Positions 33,401-43,074 of a stretch of 64,000 bases of DNA are shown piece by piece (the first letter of the stretch is position 1; every line of letters begins with the position of its first letter). The translations under genes were made by a program, and so were the position numbers. The DNA comes from Macrostomum lignano. Taxonomy: Eukaryota. The stretch covers positions 1 through 64,000 of the forward strand of contig NIVC01002702.1 of assembly GCA_002269645.1 (NCBI GenBank), given 5' to 3'. Below the pieces are notes generated by a model, which saw nothing but the letters and a program-made list of their open reading frames with translations, was not told where the DNA came from and made no database searches.

Positions 33401-35685
33401 TTAGCCGACGCTCCCAATCGACACGTCGATTGACGAAGGCGGCGCCGATTGGGCGCGAAAAAAATCGACAACCCGAATACCCCGCGACGCTGCCCATTCC
33501 CCAGCCGTGACCGTCTCGTCCAATAGGAATGGCTGAAGTTCGAATCGGCGCTCGTCGTTGAAACCGGCGGAGCTAGTGGCGGCAGCGGTGGGGTCGATTC
33601 CGACACACCTGGGCCGCATGCCGACCACGTGCTGAGCGAGTCGTCTAGCAGCCTCTGCAGCCGCCTGCTGCTGCTGCTGTCTGTGCTTCTGCTCGGCGGC
33701 GAGCAGCTGATATGCTACACCGGCTGCGTAGCGAGCGAATATTGTTGGAGCCGGCGGCGGCTGCTGCTGCTGCAGAGGGGAGCCCTGGCCGATGCTGGCC
33801 GATGGTGCCGTGCTGCCGGGCCTGATGAAGAGTTCATTGGGTGCACATTTTATAGCCTACGGGTTGATTTGGGCACTCTAGTAAGCAATGTTAGGCAGTT
33901 TATTGATCTAGCAATGATCCCTCCGATGGGGAAGTAAGTTAGGGGAATAAAAGCCAGCTATGAAAGACACTAAGGGAAATAAAATCCCAGCTATGAAAGA
34001 CACTAAGGGAAATAAAACCCAGCTATGAAAGACACTAAGGGAAATAAAACCCAGCTATGAAAGACACTAAGGGGAATAAAACCCAGCTATGAAAGACACT
34101 AAGGGGAATAAAATCCCAGCTATGAAAGACACTAAGGGGAATAAAATCCCAGCTATGAAAGACACTAAGGGGAATAAAACCCAGCTATGAAAGACACCAA
34201 GGGAAATAAAATCCCAGCCATACAAAGGGGAATAAAATCCCAGCTATGAGACACTAATGGGAATAAAATCCCAGCCATAAAAAGGGGAATAAAATCCCAG
34301 CTATGAGAGACACTAATGGGAATAAAATCCCAGCTATGAAAGACATCAAGGGGAATAAAATCCCAGCCATACAAAGGGGAATAAAATCCCAGCTATAGAA
34401 CGGCACAAATAACCCCCGAGCACGCACTTAGCAATCTGCTTGTGCTGCAAATGCCAGCTCTCGAGTGGGTGGCAGTACACGGCCAGTTTGGTCCCAGCCG
34501 GAGCCGTGAACGCCAATCCTCGGATCAGCGTCAATCGTTCACCAATCCTTGAAGCCGTCTCCGCCAGAGCGTCGGCAATGGTCAGCACCGATGATGCGGG
34601 CGCTGCAGACTCGCGATGGGAATCCCGGCTAGCCGCAGCTGGCACGGTCAGGGATAAAAGTCGATCTGGAGACAGAATTATGGCTGGCGGCAGCGCACCA
34701 CCCGAGCCGGAGTCTGCGGCCAGCACCGATGTCATGACGGCTTGGCAGGCGGTGGACAGGAGCAGCTGGAACAGCTGATTGCGGGCCGCGAATTCTGTTT
34801 GACAGCGGAGTTCAACAACTACGGCTGTGGCTGCTGACTGCTGCGGTGATGCAGCTTGGCGGCTGGGGAAGTGGAGCGCAGGTTAATTATTGAACTGAGT
34901 AGCCCAGCAACTAACAATCTGGAAGGCTGGTCCAGCAACTGAGGATTTGGGAGGCTGGCCCAGCAACTGAGGATTTGGGAGGCTGGTGGCCCAGCAACTG
35001 AGTATCTGGGAGGCTGGTCCAGCAACTGAGGATTTGGGAGCCTGGCCCAGCAACTGAGGATTTGGGAGGCTGGTGGCCCAGCAATTGACACTCTGGGAGG
35101 CTGGCCCAGCAACTGAGGATCTGGGAGGCTGGCCCAGCAACTGAGGATTTGGGAGGCTGGCCCAGCAACTGAGGATCTGGAAGGCTGGCCCAGCAACTGA
35201 GGATTTGGGAGGCTGGTGGCCCAGCAATTGACACTCTGGGAGGCTGGCCCAGCAACTGAGGATCTGGGAGGCTGGCCCAACAACTGAGAGTCAAGACACA
35301 CACACAAAACACTTGCAACACAAAGTTGTATTCACCGTGCTTGCTGAGGCAATCGCAGCGGCAGCTGCAGCACAGAGACGCCCAGCAGGCCGTGCCTCGC
35401 CGGCTTTTGCCGTCTTTTCAACGCAGCTTTCTCGCCTCGCCGCCGATCGTCAGCGCCAGCAGCGACGGGCTGCTCCTGGGCAGAAATGCCGCAAGCCGAG
35501 CTTCTCTTTAACCAGCCAACAGCCGCGTCAATGTTGTGACCGCAGGCTGCCAGGGCCTGCCGGCAATCCAGCAGAGACCGGCCGGTCAGCTGACGGAGCC
35601 GCTTCAACCGATTGCCGCCGCCTCCGCCGCCGCCGCCTGCGGTGCCCCCAGCGGCAGCAGCAAGCCTGGTCAGCGTTAACCGCAT
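33401..35685 (-). CDS. TSFM: Mitochondrial translation elongation factor Ts, 3 exons (about 35685-35336, 34837-about 34410, about 33780-33401)
   Basis: LKRLRQLTGRSLLDCRQAL (UBA-like), GLLGV, VELRCQTEFAARN, IGERLTLIR, AQHVVGMRP, QPFLLD...VVDFFR. Exon 1 needs a 1-bp indel to splice in frame. The intron 2 boundaries are approximate. Confidence 0.85.
33945..34400 (+). repeat. 33-bp minisatellite in TSFM intron 2 (GGGGAATAAAATCCCAGCTATGAAAGACACTAA)
   Basis: Direct reading. Confidence 0.92.
34900..35290 (+). repeat. 28-bp minisatellite in TSFM intron 1 (GGAGGCTGGCCCAGCAACTGAGGATTTG)
   Basis: Direct reading. Reverse complement of the 45045-45625 array. Confidence 0.92.
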
Positions 35686-35841
35686 GCGGGCATTTCGGGC
35701 CAGCAGTGAAAAGTGAATCAATTATAATGCAAGATTTTTATATTAACCTGAAATCGTTTTTAGTCGTTAATTTTTAAAATAAGTTGATAGGTTGGCAAAT
35801 CAAATTATACCGCTGCTTATAGGGGAATTATTTCTAAGACT

Positions 35842-37267
35842 AAGAAGCTCAGATGGGAATTATTCATCAGATGAATGAGAAACTCAGATGGGAATTATTC
35901 ATCAGATGAATGAGAAGCTCAGATGGGAATTATTCATCAGATGAATGAGAAACTCAGATGGGAATTATTCATCAGATGAATGAGAAGCTCAGATGGGAAT
36001 TATTCATCAGATGAATGAGAAACTCAGATGGGAATTATTCATCAGATGAATGAGAAGCTCAGATGGGAATTATTCATCAGATGAATGAGAAGCTCAGATG
36101 GGAATTATTCATCAGATGAATGAGAAGCTCAGATGGGAATTATTCATCAGATGAATGAGAAGCTCAGATGGGAATTATTCATCAGATGAATGAGAAGCTC
36201 AGATGGGAATTATTCATCAGATGAATGAGAAGCTCAGATGGGAATTATTCATCAGATGAATGAGAAGCTCAGATGGGAATTATTCATCAGATGAATGAGA
36301 AGCTCAGATGGGAATTATTCATCAGATGAATGAGAAGCTCAGATGGGAATTATTCATCAGATGAATGAGAAGCTCAGATGGGAATTATTCATCAGATGAA
36401 TGAGAAGCTCAGATGGGAATTATTCATCAGATGAATGAGAAGCTCAGATGGGAATTATTCATCAGATGAATGAGAAGCTCAGATGGGAATTATTCATCAG
36501 ATGAATGAGAAGCTCAGATGGGAATTATTCATCAGATGAATGAGAAGCTCAGATGGGAATTATTCATCAGATGAATGAGAAGCTCAGATGGGAATTATTC
36601 ATCAGATGAATGAGAAGCTCAGATGGGAATTATTCATCAGATGAATGAGAAGCTCAGATGGGAATTATTCATCAGATGAATGAGAAGCTCAGATGGGAAT
36701 TATTCATCAGATGAATGAGAAGCTCAGATGGGAATTATTCATCAGATGAATGAGAAGCTCAGATGGGAATTATTCATCAGATGAATGAGAAGCTCAGATG
36801 GGAATTATTCATCAGATGAATGAGAAGCTCAGATGGGAATTATTCATCAGATGAATGAGAAGCTCAGATGGGAATTATTCATCAGATGAATGAGAAGCTC
36901 AGATGGGAATTATTCATCAGATGAATGAGAAGCTCAGATGGGAATTATTCATCAGATGAATGAGAAGCTCAGATGGGAATTATTCATCAGATGAATGAGA
37001 AGCTCAGATGGGAATTATTCATCAGATGAATGAGAAGCTCAGATGGGAATTATTCATCAGATGAATGAGAAGCTCAGATGGGAATTATTCATCAGATGAA
37101 TGAGAAGCTCAGATGGGAATTATTCATCAGATGAATGAGAAGCTCAGATGGGAATTATTCATCAGATGAATGAGAAGCTCAGATGGGAATTATTCATCAG
37201 ATGAATGAGAAGCTCAGATGGGAATTATTCATCAGATGAATGAGAAGCTCAGATGGGAATTATTCAA
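35842..37267 (+). repeat. 35-bp minisatellite, about 40 near-identical copies (AGAAGCTCAGATGGGAATTATTCATCAGATGAATG)
   Basis: Direct reading. No spacers. Confidence 0.97.
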
Positions 37268-37457
37268 ATAGATAATAAGCTTAAAATCAACAGGGAATTA
37301 TTCAAAGATAAATAGGAAGTCCAAACGGCAATGAAGAATGCAGTATGAAGTATATTAATATTTTGTAATTGTAATCTTACAATGCCAGTAGTATATTTGA
37401 TTACTTTACACAGGTCAGATCAAAGCAAAAGCAAAGCCAATGCAGTTAAAAAACTTG

Positions 37458-38432
37458 TCAGATTCCCAAATCGTCATCGGGATCCTCGTCATCCCAGTCG
37501 TCCTCAGGCTGCGGGCAGTAATCTATGCGGCCTCCTCCTTCTCTTCTATTATTAGTAGCATGAGTAGAAGATTCAATTGGCCGATGATGAGGCAGCACAA
37601 CATCGGCGCGTTCTTTAACTTCCTGCGTAGTTAGGCCTAGCCGGAATGAAGTCAATGAGTCCATGGCAGCAGCTCCCGATTGACCGGAAGCGGAAGTGCT
37701 CAAAGATTTCTCTTTATCCTCCTCCCCTGCTGTTGCTTCGGCGACTTCAGCGACTTCATCTCTGCGCAGAAACAGCCTAGCCGGTAAATTATAGCGCCCA
37801 GCGTTGCATAGCAACCGCAATCGTTCCGTTGGCATTTTTCCGCTCAAGAGACGGCGCTCAACTTCTAATTGGAAGCCACCGCAACCGGCTTTGTCTGTTA
37901 GCTGTTGACTATTATCTGCGTGTACGACAGTAGCAGCTGAGCTTAGCAACAAATCGGCATCTGAATCGGAAATCGAGCTTTGATCAATGACCATAGCAAC
38001 CGTACAAGATTGCTTAGCAACCAATAGCGTTGCTAATTGAATAAGCTGTTCAACTTGAAGAATCTGCAGCAGGGGACCAATCGGATATAGGACTACGAAA
38101 CCACCTTGACGACTGGCGGCTAAAGATTCGCGAAGAACGCGAGTTCGAGTCTTGGACAGATCCGCCTCCAGACAGTTGATGAGTTGAAGCTCCTCAGAGC
38201 AGTGCATAGCAACTGATAGGCGCGAATCAATGCCGAGATGCAATGCCAATGTTTGACGCTTGGACGGCGAGACGGTTGCTAAGGACGCTGAAGCGGTTGC
38301 TAGGGAGGATAGGGCAGCTGCTAGGCATTCTAAGCGGCCATGAGATTGGGCAAAACAGGTCACGATGCCCGGCTCCCTAAGAGCTGCCGCCAGCAGCGCT
38401 TCCGACTTGTCAGATAATACTACCTGAGGCAT
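37458..38432 (-). CDS. ELP5: Elongator complex protein 5, single exon, 324 aa
   Basis: C-terminal signature SFRLGLT..E.KERADVVLP...IDY.PQPEDDWDDEDPDDDLGI, which is characteristic of ELP5. Confidence 0.82.
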   Translation of the reverse strand: MPQVVLSDKSEALLAAALREPGIVTCFAQSHGRLECLAAALSSLATASASLATVSPSKRQTLALHLGIDSRLSVAMHCSEELQLINCLEADLSKTRTRVLRESLAASRQGGFVVLYPIGPLLQILQVEQLIQLATLLVAKQSCTVAMVIDQSSISDSDADLLLSSAATVVHADNSQQLTDKAGCGGFQLEVERRLLSGKMPTERLRLLCNAGRYNLPARLFLRRDEVAEVAEATAGEEDKEKSLSTSASGQSGAAAMDSLTSFRLGLTTQEVKERADVVLPHHRPIESSTHATNNRREGGGRIDYCPQPEDDWDDEDPDDDLGI

Positions 38433-38559
38433 AAATTATTGAAGACAATCCGACTTTGAAAATATTATGGGTTAAATAATCTGGCATTTTAGCTCAGACA
38501 CAAGATTTATGACTTAAGCTTTTTGGGGTGGAGGGTGTTTTGCGCTTGGAGTTGAAGTC

Positions 38560-39510
38560 ATCTATGATTTATCTATGTTAGGTGGTGGGTGTTCTGCGTT
38601 TGGGGTCGGGGGCCATCTATGGCTTATCTATGTGGCGTGGTGAGTGTTCTGTGTTTGGTGTTGGGGATATCTATGACTTATCTATGTGGGGTGGTGGGTG
38701 TTCTGCGTTTGGGGTCGGGGGCCATCTATGGCTTATCTATGTGGGTGGTGGGTGTTTTTTTTGGGTCGGACACCATCTATGACTTATCTATGTGGGGTGG
38801 TGGGTGTTGTTTTGGGGTCGGGGACCATCTATGACTTATCTATGTGGGGTGGTGGGTGTTCTGCGTTTTGGGGTCGGGGGCCATCTATGGCTTATCTATG
38901 TGGCGTGGTGAGTGTTCTGTGTTTGGTGTTGGGGATATCTATGACTTATCTATGTGGGGTGGTGGGTGTTCTGCGTTTGGGGTCGGGGGCCATCTATGGC
39001 TTATCTATGTGGGTGGTGGGTGTTTTTTTTTGGGTCGGACACCATCTATGACTTATCTATGTGGGGTGGTGGGTGTTGTTTTGGGGTCGGGGACCATCTA
39101 TGACTTATCTATGTGGGGTGGTGGGTGTTCTGCGTTTGGGGTCGGGGGCCATCTATGGCTTATCTATGTGGGGTGGTGGGTGTTCTGCGTTTGGGGTCGG
39201 GGGCCATCTATGGCTTATCTATGTGGGGTGGTGGGTGTTCTGCGTTTGGGGTCGGGGGCCATCTATGGCTTATCTATGTGGGGTGGTGGGTGTTGTTTTG
39301 GGGTCGGGGACCATCTATGACTTATCTATGTGGGGTGGTGGGTGTTCTGCGTTTGGGGTCGGGGGCCATCTATGGCTTATCTATGTGGGGTGGTGGGTGT
39401 TGTTTTGGGGTTGGGGGATATCTATGGCTTATCTATGTGGGGTGGTGGGTGTTCTGTGTTTGGTGTTGGGGATATCTATGGCCTATCTATGTGGGGTGGT
39501 GGGTGCTTGT
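38560..39510 (+). repeat. About 55-bp GT-rich minisatellite with higher-order structure
   Basis: Units of the type TATCTATGTGGGGTGGTGGGTGTTCTGCGTTTGGGGTCGGGGGCCATCTATGGCT. A 5-unit block occurs twice. Confidence 0.92.
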
Positions 39511-40314
39511 AGCAAGCAAACAGAAAACTATTTTTAGAACAAAACCAATAAGTAATTACAAAACGCATTTTAATATAGAAGTCTATGAAAAAAATCGCAG
39601 AAACACGTTTAATAATGTTAATTGTTGAGCAATGGATCAATTTATAAGATTTATAATTGGTTTTCTTTACAACAAATTGAGTTTATATAACTTACATATG
39701 ACGAATTTAACGATGTGGATTTGTGCCTCTACAAGAATAGCTAGTGTCGCAAATGTTAGGAAATTTTTATTCGTTAATAAGGCCAACAGAAATTTTTACA
39801 CAATTTTCTGCTGTTAATTTTAGTAAACCGCACAGTGAAAAAAAATTTCTATTTCCATTTATAGTCAAAGACCTACAAAAGGTAAATAAGGGTATGCAGG
39901 CAGTTTAATTATACATAATAAATTAATCATTAATAATAATGATGCAAGCTTAAAAAGTGTAACCATAGTTGTTACCGAAATAGATTATAGTTAGATCTAC
40001 TACGGACTGTCCTTGCACTTTATTAAACACAGCAACATGCGATAAAGTGTAATCTATACGGTAATGTGTAAAAATAACACACCATTAACAGTAGTAACTA
40101 ATGCTTTAGTAACTGCTAAAGTTTTACAATCAATATTAAACGAAGGATAATAAGTTTAAAAGTTTAAAATAAAGAATATTCGCAACGAAAAATCGAAATC
40201 AAAACCTCCACCTGCGACTCTTTGAATTTATCTCCGCAAATCGAAAGAGACGTTAAACAACGAAAGCGAAACATGTAATTTTGTGACTTAGATGTAGTAG
40301 GAGATTTCCGGAAT

Positions 40315-41110
40315 AAAAATCTAGAAGGGTGAGATTTCCAGAATCATAAATCTACAAAGAATTGGATTTCCGGAATCATAAATCTAGAAGGGTGAGATTT
40401 CCGGAATCACATAAATCTAGAAGGGTGAGATTTCCGGAATCATAAATCTAGAAGGGTGAGATTTCCATAAATCTAGGAGGGTGAGATTTCCGGAATCATA
40501 AATCTAGGAGGGTGAGATTTCCGGAATCATAAATCTAGGAGGGTGAAATTTGCGGAGTCATAAATCTAAAAGGGTGAGATTTCCGGAATCGTAAATCTAG
40601 AAGGGTGAGATTTGCGGAATCAGAAATCTAAAAGGGTGAGATTTCTGGAATCATCAATGTGAGAGGGTGAAATTCCGGAATCATAAATCTAGGAGGGTGA
40701 GATTTCCAGAATCATAAATCTAAGAGGGGCTGAGATTTCCGGAATCATAAATATAGGAGGGTGAGATTTCCAGAATCAAAAATCTAAGAGGGGCTGAGAT
40801 TTCCAGAATTATAACTTTAGGAGGGTGAGATTTCCAGAATTATAACTTTAGGAGGGTGAGATTTCCAGAATCAAAAATCTAAGAGGGGCTGAGATTTCCA
40901 GAATTATAACTTTAGGAGGGTGAGATTTCCAGAATTATAACTTTAGGAGGGTGAGATTTCCAGAATTATAACTTTAGGAGGGTGAGATTTCCAGAATTAT
41001 AACTTTAGGAGGGTGAGATTTCCAGAATTATAACTTTAGGAGGGTGAGATTTCCAGAATTATAACTTTAGGAGGGTGAGATTTCCAGAATTATAACTTTA
41101 GGAGGGTGAA
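40315..41110 (+). repeat. 30-32-bp minisatellite (AGGGTGAGATTTCCAGAATTATAACTTTAGG)
   Basis: Direct reading. Unit variants change gradually along the array. Confidence 0.92.
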
Positions 41111-41240
41111 GATTGCCGGGACTGCAATCGACATTTGTCTAGTTTCCTATGCTCAACACAATAAGAGTCGCAACCAGTAAATTATTATGCAAACTAAAAA
41201 ATTAATGTAACAAGTTGTGACACTGAAAAAAACATCGCAA

Positions 41241-41699
41241 TCAGTGAGTACTAGTACTATTAGTAGTATGCTTGTACAATTCAAACAATTGAGCCAATTG
41301 ATGGTCGGCCAGATGATCCAATTGTTGTCGATTTAAACAGACGCCATACGAACTCGTAGAATTTTCATTAGCAACGGTTGCTATGGGAGACTGTAGACTA
41401 GCAGAGGAACCAATTGAAGATCTGTCGGCTTCTTTTAAACTGTCGCTAATCTGCCTGCTGAGCACCGAGGCGTAATCCGCCCACTGCAGCATGAACTCAG
41501 CAGCCTGCGGCTCGGTGCAGTTCAAATGCCGACGAAACTCCGCCCGAGCGTAATGGTCGCCAAGGGAACGGAGATCGCCTGGCAACGAGCGATGCAGGCG
41601 TAAAATCAGCTTGTACAGCTGACGAACCCGACTGGTGTGACTTGGACCGAACTGGGGATGGGGGAAATTATAGCTGGTTTCAAGGATTGCTGAATTCAT
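41241..41699 (-). CDS. SDHAF3: Succinate dehydrogenase assembly factor 3 (ACN9, LYR family), single exon
   Basis: RVRQLYKLILRLHRSLPGDLRSLGDHYARAEFRRH...EFMLQWADYA matches the ACN9/SDHAF3 pattern. Confidence 0.88.
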   Translation of the reverse strand: MNSAILETSYNFPHPQFGPSHTSRVRQLYKLILRLHRSLPGDLRSLGDHYARAEFRRHLNCTEPQAAEFMLQWADYASVLSRQISDSLKEADRSSIGSSASLQSPIATVANENSTSSYGVCLNRQQLDHLADHQLAQLFELYKHTTNSTSTH

Positions 41700-41715
41700 A
41701 GAGATATTGCTACTT

Positions 41716-42170
41716 AATTAATTGGATTGCTAGTCTATGAATTGGATTGCTAGTCTATGAATTGGATTGCTAGTCTATGAATTGGATTGCTAGTCTATGA
41801 ATTGGATTGCTAGTCTATGAATTGGATTGCTAGTCTATGAATTGGATTGCTAGTCTATTAATTGGATTGCTAGTCTATGAATTGGATTGCTAGTCTATGA
41901 ATTGGATTGCTAGTCTATTAATTGGATTGCTAGTCTATGAATTGGATTGCTAGTCTATGAATTGGATTGCTAGTCTATTAATTGGATTGCTAGTCTATGA
42001 ATTGGATTGCTAGTCTATGAATTGGATTGCTAGTCTATTAATTGGATTGCTAGTCTATGAATTGGATTGCCAGTCTATGAATTGGATTACTAGTCTATGA
42101 ATTGGATTGCTAGTCTTTGAAGAATAATATGGATTGCTAGTCTATGAATAGTATGGATTGCTAGTCTATG
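41716..42170 (+). repeat. 20-bp minisatellite (ATTGGATTGCTAGTCTATGA)
   Basis: Direct reading. Confidence 0.95.
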
Positions 42171-42449
42171 GGGGTTGCAGGGGGCCTGCAGCCTAGTGGT
42201 TAGAGCGTCAAACTCACGACTGAAAGGTCGGGGGTTCGATTCTCTACCTACTCACAACGCTTTGTGTCTTTGAGCAAGACACTTAACTCTGCACTGCTTC
42301 AGTTCACCCAGCTGTAAAATGGGCGCCTGCCAGCATTAGCTGGGGTAATTGAGGGTGTGTGTAGCGACCCCCAGTCCTTGGACTGAACAGCCTTGAGCTG
42401 TCAGTTGCATATCTGCCCATTAGGGCAGGTTTTATCAATTATTAATTAA
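42171..42449 (+). mobile_element. tRNA-derived SINE with a conserved central (V-domain-like) core
   Basis: A box CCTAGTGGTTAGAGC, B box GGTTCGATTC, core TGTGTCTTTGAGCAAGACACTTAAC, AT-rich tail. Direct repeat CTAGTCTATG at 42161-70 and 42450-59. Confidence 0.85.
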
Positions 42450-42992
42450 CTAGTCTATGAATGGCATGGATCGCTTGTTCAAACGGTTATTTAGTGCTAG
42501 TCTGTGTATAGTTTGGATTTCTAGTGTAGTCTAGATTGTCAGTATGGCATAGTAAAATCACCTCATTACTATGTGACTATGCTAATTCCTGTCTTATCAA
42601 TTATACAGAAATCGAATCTACCTATTAACAAACCTAATTCTCCAGATATCTGAAAATAAGCACCCAGAAAGACTAGATAATCACGTTACTTTTCATGTTT
42701 ACAAAGCAAAATCGGTCAGCAAGCTGAAATGCCAATCAATATTTTGTTTTTGATGTTATTTTTTACTTTTTGTACACTACATACAATTGACAAAAAATTA
42801 GAAATTAGAAGATACCAGGACTTGATTTAGCATGATTTTGAGACAACGCACTAACACAATATTAACAGAAATTTATAGTAGCTAAATATAAAAAATTACG
42901 CTAGCATACAGATATAAACAGAAGGACAAGAAATTACATATGGTGGACAGACAGGCGGACAGACAGACACAGACAGGCAGACAGACAGACAC

Positions 42993-43043
<51 letters not shown>

Positions 43044-43074
43044 CTCACACAGTCCCAAACGAGCAGACGGCAGC

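Noticed and set aside
33629-33937. Plus-strand ORF with a signal-peptide-like Leu run
   Set aside because: Antisense shadow of the CAG-rich TSFM exon 3.
35842-37267. 35-bp palindromic repeat as a CRISPR array
   Set aside because: Units abut with no unique spacers, there are no cas genes, and the context is eukaryotic.
42171-42260. tRNA gene
   Set aside because: It has A and B boxes but no proper acceptor stem, and it continues into a SINE core and tail flanked by direct repeats.
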